A DNA stretch of 63,546 nt, filler included, from Lenisia limosa (GCA_001655205.1; 14 parts of 14 records of this genome joined end to end with filler, not necessarily neighbours in it), one strand, 5' to 3'. Positions 12,644 through 30,210 are shown, numbered from the whole stretch's first letter. The notes: generated by a model from the sequence alone, not told the origin. Program-made: numbers and translations.

Positions 12644-15230
12644 ACCCTTCTTGAGAGGGCGACTAGAAGGCCGGATGCTTCAGTGTTGGTTACATAGCCT
12701 CGAACAACCATTCCTTCCTGAGGGGGGGGGGGGGGNNNNNNNNNNNNNNNNNNNNNNNNNNNNNNNNNNNNNNNNNNNNNNNNNNNNNNNNNNNNNNNNN
12801 NNNNNNNNNNNNNNNNNNNNNNNNNNNNNNNNNNNNNNNNNNNNNNNNNNNNNNNNNNNNNNNNNNNNNNNNNNNNNNNNNNNNNNNNNNNNNNNNNNNN
12901 NNNNAAGTTATGAATAAAGGTGTAGCCTTTCTGAAATCATCCAACGCTTAACCCCCAACCTTAACATCCTTAACCGAGGCGAAGTCAATACACTCCTTCG
13001 CACGCTCAACAATGTGCTTTGGCCTGGAGGCAAGGGGGAGGGCAAGGAGATGTTCACCACCTATGCACATGAGTCAGGTGATAATTTCTCAATATATCTT
13101 CGATAAATATTGATTTTTCATCTCTTTTTTGAACAAATGAAATGTGAAACCTTGCCTTGTATGATATGAGTAAGGAGTAAGGTATCATAATTGCTTCGTT
13201 GCCCGCCCTATCAATAGTGTAGTACAAAGCCATATCCCCATGATCCTCCTGACCTGCGGCTGCGACGGCAAGTTGGCGGCAGTTCAACGTGTACTTGCCT
13301 GTTTTGGGGTTGCCGTCTTCAATGACCGCGGGGAAGGTCTTGAGAGGTTAGTGTGTTAATGGCCCATGGATTATTCACTTAGGCTTGTCATTGTCCCGAA
13401 CAACTTAATGTCACTAGAAAAGACGAATTCTATCATTCCTCCCATGTTAAAACCAATAAAGCACCAACCTGTCCAACAACAACAGTGGTAGCAGGGCGAT
13501 GTACATAGGCGTCATACAGGCTGGTGAAGGGTACGTTACCAACGGCGTTGCCAAACTCGACCTGAACGCCTGCACCCTGGAAGGAGTGAAAATGAGGGAA
13601 ACGCGATAAATACTGGGAATTTTCAAAATGAAGAGAAAAACAATCCTGCTTTAACTTTTAGCATAATCTATCTGCGCTTCATCAATCGCCCTCTTAAGAG
13701 AATGTTGTGTGAATCCCCTCCCAGCCTTTATGAGCACCCAGCCATACATAAATAGCCTTGATTTTGGCAGTCACAACTTCTCCGACTTTGTGCTCCATCT
13801 GAGAGAGGTGAAGAGGATTAGAGTGTGGTATGAACAAGCCATATCGATTAAGAGTATAAGGAATTGGAAAATGACGAGAAACACAACACGGACTAATGGC
13901 ATTGAAAAGCTCAGTCCAAGCCCCCATACGTTCAGGTCCTTCTTGGCATTCTTTGTGTCCTTGGCCTTCTTCTTCTCCTGCTCAGCCTTCACCTTTTCAC
14001 CCTTCTCCTTCTTCTTTTCTTTTTCCTTTTGCTCCTTCTTCTCCATTTTTTCCTTCTTCTCACGTGCCTTTTTCTCTGCCTTGGACTCCTAAAAGTGTCA
14101 GAAAGTGGGAATATCTATAACACAATAGACGAGACGATGACAAGAAGGTGAAACGAGTTTCTTGAATAATGCGTGTCTGGTAGTGATAGAACAAATAGTC
14201 CCCTCCACAGACCTTTGCAGGAACAGCAGCCACCACTTTCTCGGGAACCTGGGGAACGTGAGATGGGTGGCGGTTAATTAAACAAAACTACAAAAAGGAT
14301 ATATTTATACAATAAATGAAAGGACCAGTGGTCCACACTAATTGGACATCAAATCTCATAACGCATGCCAAAGGGGGATGATTGAAAAGGAAAAAATCTC
14401 TTCTACTTGATATTGGGTTTTTGTGTGTGTTGCTGTACTGTATAACCCCCCCCCCCCACNNNNNNNNNNNNNNNNNNNNNNNNNNNNNNNNNNNNNNNNN
14501 NNNNNNNNNNNNNNNNNNNNNNNNNNNNNNNNNNNNNNNNNNNNAGTGGCCACCAACAGGCCGTCAACTGGGGCGTATCCGTTGACACGTGCCTTGACCA
14601 TTGTGGATGGTTTGAAGAGCTGGAATGGGTAAGGAAGATCTAGGAAGAGACTGAACTCCATTGGTATATTCAAGACTAGCCCCCTCCTCCCACTGCCTTA
14701 AGGCTGGTTGGGACGGTTTCAGCCACTCGAGTTTCGGGTACCAAAGCAAGNNNNNNNNNNNNNNNNNNNNNNNNNNNNNNNNNNNNNNNNNNNNNNNNNN
14801 NNNNNNNNNNNNNNNNNNNNNNNNNNNNNNNNNNNNNNNNNNNNNNNNNNNNNNNNNNNNNNNNNNNNNNNNNNNNNNNNNNNNNNNNNNNNNNNNNNNN
14901 NNNNNNNNNNNNNNNNNNNNNNNNNNNNNNNNNNNNNNNNNNNNNNNNNNNNNNNNNNNNNNNNNNNNNNNNNNNNNNNNNNNNNNNNNNNNNNNNNNNN
15001 NNNNNNNNNNNNAAGAAAATTTCAATGTAGAATATTTGTGTAGAATCGAGAAACCAGCTTGAAGAAAGCCTTCATACTCATCTTCGCTGGTGAATCTCAG
15101 GACCAAGCCTCTTCCCTCATCAACACGCATGACCTGGGCGTCGGCAATGTAATGCGGCTTGAAGTGGGCAATTCCACAGGGGAGGGCCTCAGCAGAGTTC
15201 GTGGAAATGGTACAGGCCGAACCCATAAGG
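12644..15230 (-). CDS. RRP5: multi-S1-domain rRNA biogenesis protein Rrp5/PDCD11, internal fragment
   Basis: Successive S1 repeats in exons: FKPSTMVKARVNGYAPVDGLLVA; HKVGEVVTAKIKAI..GAGVQVEFGNAVGNVPFTSLYDAY; KTFPAVIEDGNPKTGKYTLNCR; VKDVK|EGMVVRGYVTNTEASGLLVALSR. Confidence 0.75.
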
Positions 15231-15335
15231 CGGGGNNNNNNNNNNNNNNNNNNNNNNNNNNNNNNNNNNNNNNNNNNNNTTAATTAATTAANNNNNNNNN
15301 NNNNNNNNNNNNNNNNNNNNNNNNNNNNNNNNNNN

Positions 15336-17180
15336 TGCGGAACCCTCAGTGTACTGCTACGACTCCGAGTACACCACCTTCCTTCCAATTGCCCTGGTCA
15401 GTGCAATCTTGCCAAAAAAAAATTTGTTTTTTTCACTATAATCCAATATCTCTTATAAGCGTGATGGTCTGGCCGCCAGCTACAACCTTGTTTTTCATTA
15501 CTATATGATGATATTTAATAATTCACTTCGGTTCCAAAAAAGACTGAACTCTCTCTAATCCTCGATAAATATCGGTATTTTACTTGTCTTTTTGGTAACG
15601 GAGTGAAACCTAAAAATTTGTCGTATTGCATTGTAAACCCCCCCCCCCCCCTNNNNNNNNNNNNNNNNNNNNNNNNNNNNNNNNNNNNNNNNNNNNNNNN
15701 NNNNNNNNNNNNNNNNNNNNNNNNNNNNNNNNNNNNCTGCAGAAGCCACTGGCCTGGGCTTTGTTTTCGTTGCTATCAACCCTCGTCAACAGAGTTTATT
15801 CTGGGCTTTTCCTGAGTCCTTAATTTTCCAATTTTTCACCCCCCCACCTTAGGCATCCGTTATAATTGTGATCATCCTGGTTCCGCTACTCTGCTTATGG
15901 GCTGTGTTTTGGGCGAATAAACAGCCTTATCATGACAAATGCTACTCCACATTCGGCTTTTTATACGCTAGGTTGGCGGGGGGGGGGTGTTATTGCTTGT
16001 TTTTGGTTTGTTTTGTTTTTGTATTTGTTTTGGCTTCCTACATTGGGAACTGATTTGGGTAGAAAGTGACATTTTCCCATTACAATGAATTTTTCCATTT
16101 TACCATGAATTTTCCTGTTTTACCTTGAATTTTCCCAATTTACACCACCAGATATACTCAAGCCAACTCATACTGGGAGTTTGCTATTCTCATGCGCANN
16201 NNNNNNNNNNNNNNNNNNNNNNNNNNNNNNNNNNNNNNNNNNNNNNNNNNNNNNNNNNNNNNNNNNNNNNNNNNNNNNNNNNNNNNNNNNNNNNNNNNNN
16301 NNNNNNNNNNNNNNNNNNNNNNNNNNNNNNNNNAAACTACCGAACTAAAGTGAAGCCGTACTTATTAGTTGAGGGTATCTTAATAGGTTCCACTTTCAAA
16401 GCCTTTTCTCCATTAATTGGTCGAGAGTTTAAAAAATGGTTTAATTTTTTTTAACCATGATTTTATTTTGGGTAAGAGTGACACTGTTACGCTTTAATGT
16501 ATCGCTCCGGTTTGAAAAAGAGTGAATTATTCGATATAATTCCTCTGAAATTATCAATATTTTACAAGTGTTTTTCCAAGTGAAGCCCTAGTTGCACAGT
16601 CCTAATTAATCTTGTAGTATCCTCAAGTACAGATCAGCTTCGCTCTCTGTATCTTGACCATATCGCTGTTTTACCATCTCTTCGCCAAGCCCTTCAGAAC
16701 GACTATGTTCAACTTCCTGGTTTGCCTTCACGATCACAATGAAGTACAAATGTAGAATCTAAGATACATAACTCTACATATCTTATCTATATTCAACGGT
16801 AGTGTTATACTATAATTCAACTCTTATATGCGTGATTGTGTGGACGGCTTCTGCCTGATAACCTTGTTTTTTATTTCTCATTGCTGAGTATATGATGTTT
16901 AACGGTTGGGCGATTATCTTGAGGGTTCCAGAATACTGCACAACCCTATTTAAAACCCAACACACCCCTGCCCATTTATTCCACACTCCACCACTACCCC
17001 ATGAAAAAAAAAAAAAAAAAAANNNNNNNNNNNNNNNNNNNNNNNNNNNNNNNNNNNNNNNNNNNNNNNNNNNNNNNNNNNNNNNNNNNNNNNNNNNNNN
17101 NNNNNNNNNNNNNNNNNNNNNNNNNNNNNNNNNTCTCATTGGAAACTGCTTCAATGGCGGTGTCTCTGATAGTTACAAGG
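15336..17180 (+). CDS. C-terminal multi-pass membrane domain of a protist surface-protein-type gene, fragment
   Basis: Exons read EPSVYCYDSEYTTFLPIAL, ..YSTFGFLYA|RYTQANSYWEFAILMR, ..HLFAKPFRTTMFNFL, SLETASMAVSLIV. This matches the FGFLY..Y..YWE..R pattern common in protist membrane proteins. Confidence 0.55.
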
Positions 17181-19219
17181 TAAGCAAATTGGTACAATTG
17201 AAGCTTTCCTCCCTACGGTCCCAAAAAAAGTCTGAATTTCTCGATAAATCCTCGTAAATATCGATATTCTACGTGTCTTTTTCGGACCGTAGGGAAGCAT
17301 ATCATATAATGTAACAGGATTTAGTGATGGGGTGGGGGTAGAGGGGGGTGCATCTCCCCTCCCCCGTCATTTTTAAATCCACGCCACCGTCATTTTTACG
17401 CTCTCACCCATTTCTTAAAACAGAAAATATTCACCCGTATCTGAAAAATTATTAATCCTCACACCAATCATCATTGTAACACCCCATTCCCATATATGTT
17501 CATGTACGCTGGAGTGATGGGATGCGGNNNNNNNNNNNNNNNNNNNNNNNNNNNNNNNNNNNNNNNNNNNNTTAATTAATTAANNNNNNNNNNNNNNNNN
17601 NNNNNNNNNNNNNNNNNNNNNNNNNNNAGAGGATATATTATCAAATAAGTTGGTTTTGAGGGGGAGTACCATTATCTCTCAGACATCATTGAAAGTTGAG
17701 TTGCTATTTACTGATGATTTTTGCTCTGATTTCATAGATAATAAAGAGACACGCAAACCGTGTTGATTTTGGGTTATCATGTTGGTTTTTTTAACTTTTG
17801 ACCCCAGAATAAAAATACCAGTTTTCAAAATTGCCGAAAAAAAACTCTCAGTGTTAAAATATTGAAATCTGAGATATCTGTTAACATAGCATTGTATTCA
17901 ATTCGATTAAATTAGGCAATTAGGCCTTCATTAAACGGCTGAAATATACGCTGTGCTATGCTCCTATTATCTTCAGTCTTCAGGGGTTAAAAAAGTTGAG
18001 AGGAAAATTCACAGATATATGGACGGTGTAATATTTGTTTTAAAAAAATAATAAAATTCACGTTTTATTGAACTGAACTAAACTTAACTTTTTCTATTTC
18101 AGTAGCTTCACTTTTGCTTGGACTTCCTCTTTGCGCAGCAGATCTGTGGAAGCGTTACTTTAGTTGGTGCAGCACTGCTTTATATTAGGAGAATGTAGGC
18201 TCTAGCCGGGAGCTGTCTAGTATTTTCCCCTTTTTTAATAAGGTTATGGGAATTGTCAGCAATAATTTTCACCCTGTCAGTTAATATTGAATCCATGAAG
18301 ACAAAAATCAAAAAAGAATAATGACTCATAGATGGTCAAGGATAAAAGTTTATATGACATAAAAATATATATTTTTTGCCCTTAAGGCTACCCCCCCCCT
18401 CTCTGAAACAATTAAATATTTCATATAGTAGTACTATAATAAATGATATGCATATCATATAGCTACTTGCTTTATACTATTTGTATGTATATGATGTACA
18501 TATCTTTAGCTGAACCCCCCACCCCCTCTTAGTGTATATATGAAATGATATGTTTTGAGGTCACCATATTCTCTATTTTTGTGTTAAAAAAGGAAAAAAA
18601 AAAGATTAGGACGCATCCTCAATTTACGTGTCCAAGAATCTTATGAGTTCCTGAACTTGAGCCAGATATAAGACTCGCTTAACCTCAACCATATATCTTT
18701 GGCAGATCTCATTTTCTTCAAAGCCATAACAGGTTTCTGTTAACGGAGGTTTTATAATCCCAGAATATTTTCTGGAGCTCCTTTTCTTTTCAATTTGTGC
18801 GTTGGATATATCATTAATATATTTTTAAGCAAAGGTATTGCCCTTAACATTGAAAATTTTACATTGTGAAAAACAATGTATTATACCATCTTTTGCAGCC
18901 TCAAAATATCAACATTGGAATAGAGACACTCAAACGAGCCGGTCTATTATTTGGCCTTTTTATTTACTTTCCAGATGAACCAGCGTCAAAGAAGTAGATT
19001 GCTTCTAAAGTAGAGGTACACACAATCATCAGTGACAGTGGGTCAGACGGGGAAGCCTTACACGCATATTATAATTCGATCAACGCGACAATACTATTTT
19101 TCAAATTCATTTTGCCGAATGAGAAATTTTTGACTGTTATAATGAGTTTTTATGCTTTTGCTTATTACCAAGCTATACCTCTACTCATTATGGTTGCATA
19201 AGGCATATTTTGAAGATTA

Positions 19220-22628
<3,409 letters not shown>

Positions 22629-24294
22629 GAAACAATAATGTGAAAGACAAAGCAATACTATTGCATGAAAGGTAAAAGCTAAACCCCCAAAATTTCAAGT
22701 TTGGAAAATTCAATCTGCTCATTAAGCACAAAAGTCAGTTATTTATAAAGAATTCGGGTAAGCAGCATACATCAAGTTGAAAGCAGCCCTAGTTTTATCA
22801 AAAATACTCAAATAGTGGATTTTGGTAAGGGCCAGAGATGCCAACGCCAAACTCGGTTAATGCCAAACTCGATCACTCATATCTCATATGATATATCACA
22901 CCGTCCATATATCTGTGAATTTTCCTCACTCTGTGAAAACNNNNNNNNNNNNNNNNNNNNNNNNNNNNNNNNNNNNNNNNNNNNTTAATTAATTAANNNN
23001 NNNNNNNNNNNNNNNNNNNNNNNNNNNNNNNNNNNNNNNNCCCAATCATTTGCCTAAAAGAGATCGGGGGGGGGGGGTATAGAAATTACCTGGGTGCGTG
23101 GGGAACCTGTGTATTTATCATCATTATATTAGGGTTCCGTGCAAATAATATCTAAGCAAATAATATATGTGCAAATAGTTTTTGAAGAAACTAATTGATA
23201 AAATTAGAAATTAAAGTGTCTGAAACTGAGGTCTCGTTTCAATATGTTGCACTCAAACTGTGCATTTATTTTTTCAATTAATTGCACGGAGCCCTAAATA
23301 TAATACAATATCCATTCCCCCCCCCCCTCCCGCAAACAGGAGATGTTGTGAGGGAGGTTTCGGGGGTAGTTTGGGGTCCCTTGCTCATGGGGTGCTTGAA
23401 TTCGATCATATTTGGCCATTCGTGGTCGGACGGGGGGGTCATAGCTGCGTGGTGAAGCTTGATGATGGTGCAAGGATTATCGAATATTATTGTGCAAAAT
23501 GTGAAAACTTCAAGGTAGTATATTCATTTATTGTATCTTATTGTGTATGTGTGTGACATGGGGGGCAGCTTGAACTCGGCCATATTTGGCCCATATAATT
23601 GGATGGGGTCATAGCTGCGTGGAGGTTTAGCTGTTATCAACTTGATGATGGAGACTTTCGAATATTATTGTTAGGGCTCCGTGAAACCAAATTGAAAAAA
23701 TAACTTAATTGCAATCTGTGAAGTGTGACATACTGTCATGGGAACTCCATTTCTTATTTCAAATTTTGTTTATTAATATCTCCAAAAAAATAATTGCACG
23801 GATGTTGTGCAAGATGTGAGCAAGGATTTTCCTATGTTCAAGAGCGAGATGTGATGACTTAAAGGGGAAAAGCTTGGACTTGTGGGGGTCATGGGTGGAG
23901 GTTTAAGGGGGGGGGGCAGTGCTGGGTGGAGTTGAAACTGATGTCGACTAAATCGATACGGCTGGAATTGATACTTGTCAGAGGAGTATACCAAGGGCTT
24001 CACTTCGATTCGAAAAATTCAGTCTTTTTTCGAACCGAAGTGAAGCCCTAGATATTATGAATTTTTGAAGGTTATATTACAAAATGTGAATCGAAAAAAG
24101 ATAATAGAAAAGCAGCTAAATTGGCACTTTAAACACCCTCCCCCATCATAGAGACATTTTATACCTCCCCCCCTCCCATAAACCCCCNNNNNNNNNNNNN
24201 NNNNNNNNNNNNNNNNNNNNNNNNNNNNNNNNNNNNNNNNNNNNNNNNNNNNNNNNNNNNNNNNNNNNNNNNNNNNNNNNNNNNNNNNNNNNNN

Positions 24295-25155
24295 NCGGCG
24301 TAATGAGCGTCGGCGCCATTGTAGTGGCCCGGTCTGGGGTCATGATGGGGTTGGTCCGTCGAAACGGGCGGTGCGTTCTGGGGGAGGGGGGTAAAACAAA
24401 GGAAATTTATGAAACAAAAAACAAAACTGTTTTTGAATTAATCGACAACAGTATTTACACACATTTATATCATACCTTATGTATATTTGTACCCCCCATG
24501 TTAACATACACAAGTATCCATACCTTGTGCTGTGAAATCATCCAGATCAGATAACAGCGTGCTTCCAGTCCACCCCGTCATTTTATTCGGTTTCCCCAAG
24601 GACCTTCCTTATCATAGAATACCCGCTCCCTCCCCCACGTCATCGGAGTCGGCCTCAAACTGGTCGCTGTCCTCTTCGAAATCGTCGTCATCATCAAAAT
24701 CTGAGGGGGGAGATAGGAAAATTGATGAAACAAAAAAAAAAAGAAGCCCAAATCAACTCTGTTGGCTCGTATGATAATTTGACCGACAAGTCTCAATGAT
24801 ACTCTGATACNNNNNNNNNNNNNNNNNNNNNNNNNNNNNNNNNNNNNNNNNNNNNNNNNNNNNNNNNNNNNNNNNNNNNNNNNNNNNNNNNNNNNNNNNN
24901 NNNNNNNNNNNNNNNNNNNNNNNNNNNNNNNNNNNNNNNNTAATGGGATGCGGTGCTGCAGAAGCGACTGGCTTCAGCTTTGTTTGTTTTGTTGTTATCC
25001 TCGTGTCTCACCCGTGAGAAAATGACCCAAACTTCATATCACCACCCAAATTGTATGTTCATAGCCCCTCATTCATCATCTTCATCATCCTCATCGCCAT
25101 CACCATCATCATCACTACCATCATCATCATCATCACCATCATCATCACTACCATC

Positions 25156-25205
<50 letters not shown>

Positions 25206-26267
25206 CATCATACCATCATCATCCTCCTCCTTGGGTGCCGAAGGTGAAGGTTTCGTCGGAGCAATAAGACGCATAATTTCAGCTTCTAAAGAAAAACATG
25301 AAAAAAAAAAAAAAACATGGGGGTTATTTATCTGGTCCCATTTAAAGAAGAATCGCAAAGCTGAAAATGCCTCGGAGTTAGCGATGCGAAATAATTTGGT
25401 CGAAGCCGTCCACACCATCATGCTATCAGAGATATTGGATAAAAGTATAATATTAATTCACCCAATCATTTGCCTTATAACTCTGTGCACACAGCTTTCT
25501 GCGTGCCTCTCCAGTTATACCCATCCCACCTTTTTCAGCAATTTCCTTTTCATCCGCCTCCCTCTTTTTCCTTTCGTTCCGCTCTTCTGTAGTTTCCCTT
25601 CTTTTTGGCTCCTCAGTCTTCTTCTCTTTCTCTTTTCTTATTCTTCTCTCCTCTTCCGTTTCTCTCCGCTTCTCCTTCTCCTTGCGTATTCTTCGTTCCT
25701 CTTCGCTTTCTTTTCTTCCCTCAGACTTCCTTTCTTTCTCCTTTCGAATACGCCTCTCCTCCTCAGTTTCCCTCCTTCGCTCCTTCTCCTTTCTTACATT
25801 TCTCTCTTCTTCTGTTTCATGCTTCCTCTCCTTCTCTTTCCTTAACCTCCTTTCCTCCTCAGTTTCTTTCCTTCTCGACCCTTCTCTTTCCCTCTCTTTC
25901 TCCTTCCTCTTCCTTCGTTCCTCTTCTGTCTCTCTCTTTCCTTCGGTCCTTCCTTCCTTCTCTTTTCGCTTTCTTCTTTCATCATCACTTTCTCTTTTCG
26001 CTTCCTTCTCCTTTCTCTTTCGCCTTTCGTCCTCCGTTTCTCTCCTTCCTTCCCTTCTCCCTTCCTTCTCCTTGCGTATTCTTCGTTCCTCCTCAGTTTC
26101 CTTCCTTCCCTCAGCTTTACCCTCCTTTTCCTTTCTTCTTCTCCTTTCCTCTTCGCTTTCCTTTCTCCCTTCCTTTTCCTTCCTCAACTTTCTATCCTCT
26201 TCACTTTCCTTTCTTCCTTGCTTCTCTCTCCGAGCCTCTTTCTCCTTCCGTGCCCTTCGTTCCTCCT
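24295..26267 (-). CDS. hypothetical protein with a long E/K/R tandem-repeat coiled region and an acidic exon
   Basis: ORF 25453-26187 has repeated (RR)ETEEERRIRKEKE(K/R) units. It continues into EAEIMRLIAPTKPSPSAPKEEDD and a GT-AG exon DFDDDDDFEEDSDQFEADSDD. Confidence 0.6.
25405..25515 (+). repeat. dispersed ~150-200 bp intronic repeat family, representative part
   Basis: (aacaaggttgtatctggccgaa)ccgtccacaccatcacgcttataagagatattgga..tataat..aattcacccaatcatttgcc..actctgtgcacacagctttc. Parts recur at 128-240, 9862-9927, 15441-15503, 16818-16893, 27254-27350, 33660-33720 and 34232-34325, in both orientations. Confidence 0.75.
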
Positions 26268-26744
26268 NNNNNNNNNNNNNNNNNNNNNNNNNNNNNNNNN
26301 NNNNNNNNNNNTTAATTAATTAANNNNNNNNNNNNNNNNNNNNNNNNNNNNNNNNNNNNNNNNNNNNGGGGGGGGGGGGGAAGTACAAGTGGGAAATTTT
26401 GACGAAGAATATATTTAATAGGTACTAATCAGGAACCCCATACGGGCCTCACACACCTTCCCTTCCAAAAAACAAAACCAAAATCAATCACTTTCCTATT
26501 CCTCAAAAGAAAAAATAAACCATTCCCCCACCCCTTTGTACATCCAGGCAACAATGAGCCCACGCACCCAACCCTTAGAGCCAACCCTTATTTCGAAGTT
26601 ACGGATCTATTTTGCCGACTTCCCTTACCCACAATTTTCAATTCAATTTTGGCGACTTTGGCTTCTAAATCGGCAATACGGCTTTCATATGCACTTGTCT
26701 GGACAATAAAACATCACACTTTACACCCCTCTCTACTGTCACCA

Positions 26745-27232
26745 TATCATATCACTTTTTGGATCATTTTCACACGTGTGAACTATCTTTTTCCACGCAG
26801 TGATATTGTACCTCATATTCAATGATACTCTGATACATTCAGGCGCTTATCATTTCGACTCGAAAGTCGGTCATATGATCATATCACAAGTGGATATCGG
26901 TTAACACTTCGACTTGAAAGACGGTCATATCACTAGTGGATATGGATTACTATGATTTATGCATTAATACCCCCCCCCNNNNNNNNNNNNNNNNNNNNNN
27001 NNNNNNNNNNNNNNNNNNNNNNNNNNNNNNNNNNNNNNNNNNNNNNNNNNNNNNNNNNNNNNNNNNNNNNNNNNNAAATCAATGATCATATCACTTTTGG
27101 ATCTTTTTCACACGTGTGAACTATCATTTTACACGCTGTGATATGATACCTCATAACCACTCGTATGATAATTGACCGTCAAGTCTCCTTCGTTCATCAT
27201 TTCGACTCGAAAGTCAGTCATATGATCATATC
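26745..27232 (+). repeat. local duplication, two copies of a ~140 bp unit
   Basis: catatcacttttggatc..cacacgtgtgaactatc..catttcgactcgaaagtc.gtcatatgatcatatc at ~26745-26885 and ~27083-27232. Confidence 0.7.
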
Positions 27233-27429
27233 TTATTGCTATAAATCGAGGCAGATACAACCTTGTTTTTTATTTCTCATTGCTATACAGATATACCATA
27301 AACCAATATCTCTTATAAGAGACGGTTTCGGCGAGAAACCTTGTTTTTTTTGATGCAAAATATGATGCAAAATAAGTTTGTACAATGACATAGTATGGAG
27401 GGGGAGGGATGTGTGATGATCGTAAAAGG

Positions 27430-28110
27430 GCAGCTTACACAATCTGTTGGCTTATTCCGAGACCGACTGAGAGTAAAAGAACGAATAATCGAAGCATCAT
27501 CTCCATTTTGGTCTAACTGGAGGCGTCAAAGGTCAAAGGATCTGCTCGGTGTCGTGCCAATATATCAATAAATGACTACTCTGACTGACTAATACCGCAC
27601 TAACAACACAATACAATCTGTAGACATGAGGGACGAAGGACGACAAAAAAAAACGATTGCTAGTTTTTGTATCACGACGTCATGACGTCAGTAGGAAGGT
27701 TTTTGGGCTCAAGGAGGAATGTCAAAAAGGACTCCGACTCCGGACTTTAGTATTCTACCAGTGATCTACATACACAATACATCATATATCCAGACTATAT
27801 CATACATATATCATGATATCAAACACCATACATCAAACAGCAGTTACAATAATTACTTCGATACTCGTCTGAGAAGAATATCCTGTTTTTGCATAAGCCC
27901 TCTTTCTCGTGGACTAATTCTAAAAGCTCCTCATTGAAATCACTCAAAACATCATACATTAACCCATTAATCCTCATCTTTCCAGAGAGTCTTGGTGATT
28001 ATCCGCTCAGGATCTTCCAAACCGATCAAAAGATCAAATGGTTTGACATTCAAATTCCATTCAGCCAGAATCTCAGTTTCCTACACAATTAGAAGAAAAG
28101 CAGAAAAACA
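27430..28110 (+). mobile_element. possible relic of an RLE-type non-LTR retroelement 3' end
   Basis: DYPLRIFQTDQKIKWFDIQIPFSQNLSFLHN*KK resembles the PD..D-(I/L)xxP motif of restriction-like endonucleases. Frames are broken. Confidence 0.3.
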
Positions 28111-28949
28111 ATCCAAAAAAAAAATCCTTTTATCCTGATAGAGAGCGATGTACTGGCACGATTGACTGAAGAAAAAGCTAATATCCGTGTCAGTACTTAT
28201 CGCCGTCAGTGGCAGGTATATTTCACCTCTGGGAAATATTTGATTATTATGCATGAATCCCCCNNNNNNNNNNNNNNNNNNNNNNNNNNNNNNNNNNNNN
28301 NNNNNNNNNNNNNNNNGAAAAATGACTGAATTTCTTGACAAATCCTCGAAAACTATCGATATTGTACCGATCTTTTTCGAACCGCCCTAGATATGTATGT
28401 ATTATGTAAGTAGACACATGTAATCCCAGAGTTGTAATGCAATGATTGGGTGAACTAATATAATACTACAATCCAGTATCTCCAAAAAGACGACTTCAGC
28501 CAGAGTAATAATATATGATACGTGTACATCATACAATATAGAGAGGGGAAATAAAACAAGGTTTTATCTGGTTGTATCTACAGAGACCGGGATAAGTCTT
28601 AACCTATTTTCCTTGGGCAAATCATCACAAATCGGTCAACATTTATCCCGGTCAGTGTACATTTCCGAAGACGCCTACCCCGTGATTTCTGCGGTACTCT
28701 TGTCAGAAAAGGCACTGAAGAGAGATGGGAAGCCTATGCGGTCAGTTCAGTTCAGTTCAGTTCAACNNNNNNNNNNNNNNNNNNNNNNNNNNNNNNNNNN
28801 NNNNNNNNNNTTAATTAATTAANNNNNNNNNNNNNNNNNNNNNNNNNNNNNNNNNNNNNNNNNNNNAGAATGGGTGAGGGGGGGGGGGCTATTATGTCTT
28901 CATTTCATGCCTATTTAGTGAGAGTCACGTTACTGACGTTTCCTATTTA

Positions 28950-30210
28950 GGTTACTAGTGATACTGACGACGGCGATCTCAGCACTAACTCGGGTGCAGT
29001 TTCTGTTACTGTCTCTAAAAACGCGGGTCTTGTGCTCAGGTTGGGGGGGGGGGGTACAAGGAAACANNNNNNNNNNNNNNNNNNNNNNNNNNNNNNNNNN
29101 NNNNNNNNNNNNNNNNNNNNNNNNNNNNNNNNNNNNNNNNNNNNNNNNNNNNNNNNNNNNNNNNNNNNNNNNNNNNNNNNNNNNNNNNNNNNNNNNNNNN
29201 NNNNNNNNNNNNNNNNNNNNNNNNNNNNNNNNNNNNNNNNNNNNNNNNNNNNNNNNNNNNNNNAAATCAAACCCTTTTCATAATATTAAATCGAACATTT
29301 TTCACAATATTTTAACATCTGAATATTCGAATTAGCGCGACATAATTTAGGATCTTGAGGTATGTTATATATCATATCATATCTGACATTGCTGTGCACT
29401 CACGCTCATCCTGATATAAATGAATATAGTATATACAGCCTCAGCATGTTATCCAATAATCTATTACTCACCCACACATGCTTTAGCGTCAGATTTATCT
29501 CATACTTAATATCCTAACATTAACGACATAATTTAGCACCTTGAGATAACTTATATGTATATATTATGATAAATATATATCCTGACACTGCAGTGTGTTG
29601 GCCTCAGAAGGGTTCTTTGCTGGTCAAACCGAAGTCAATGCGACTGAGGTTTACGCCTTCTCCTCCGGTAGTGACTTGGTGTATGAGGGGGATATGTAGG
29701 ATTGTCTGAAATAATAATCTTTGAATAAAAAGTTAACATACAGTACCGGGATAAGTCTTGAACTATTTTCCTTGGGAAATCACAGAGCAAATCGGTCATG
29801 ACCTATCCCGGTCACTGTACGTTAAAATAAAATGTTGAATAGTGGGTGACGGGGAAAGTAATAGAAGGGGGAAGGGGGATTGTTTGTATACTGAATTTCT
29901 CTTTGTTGATTGCCTGGGCTTTGTTTGTTGGGTTGTTTTCGACCCTGGTTTGTTTCAGTTGATTTTTGTATTCTTTTTTTGATGTGTGGTATAAATTTGT
30001 TATCTTACTATCCTGTATTTAACTTCTAACAGAGTTGATTTTGGGCTTCTTTGTTTCATAAATTTTCCTATTTTACTCCCCCTCCCCTCTCCCCACAGCA
30101 TGGAATGGTCACTGCATAATCCGTTGACTTCACCGGCAATGGACGTCCATTTAGGCGTGACGGGAGTGTTGCCTCAGGGCTGTGTGGTGCAGGACGCTGT
30201 CATTTCGGTC
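28950..30210 (+). CDS. hypothetical protein fragment (3 exons)
   Basis: GT-AG exons read VTSDTDDGDLSTNSGAVSVTVSKNAGLVLR, VLASEGFFAGQTEVNATEVYAFSS and MEWSLHNPLTSPAMDVHLGV. Confidence 0.4.
29741..29817. mobile_element. MITE family 2 (77 bp, Tc1/mariner-like ends)
   Basis: TA|CAGT(G)ACCGGGATA..TATCCCGGTCACTG|TA; second copy at 28581-28657. Confidence 0.7.

Noticed and set aside
25051-26323. Plus-strand ORFs 25051-25845, 25605-26315 and 25682-26323 (poly-Ile, Phe/Ser/Leu-rich)
   Set aside because: They are antisense shadows of the E/K/R repeat exon plus an intronic (ATC)n microsatellite.
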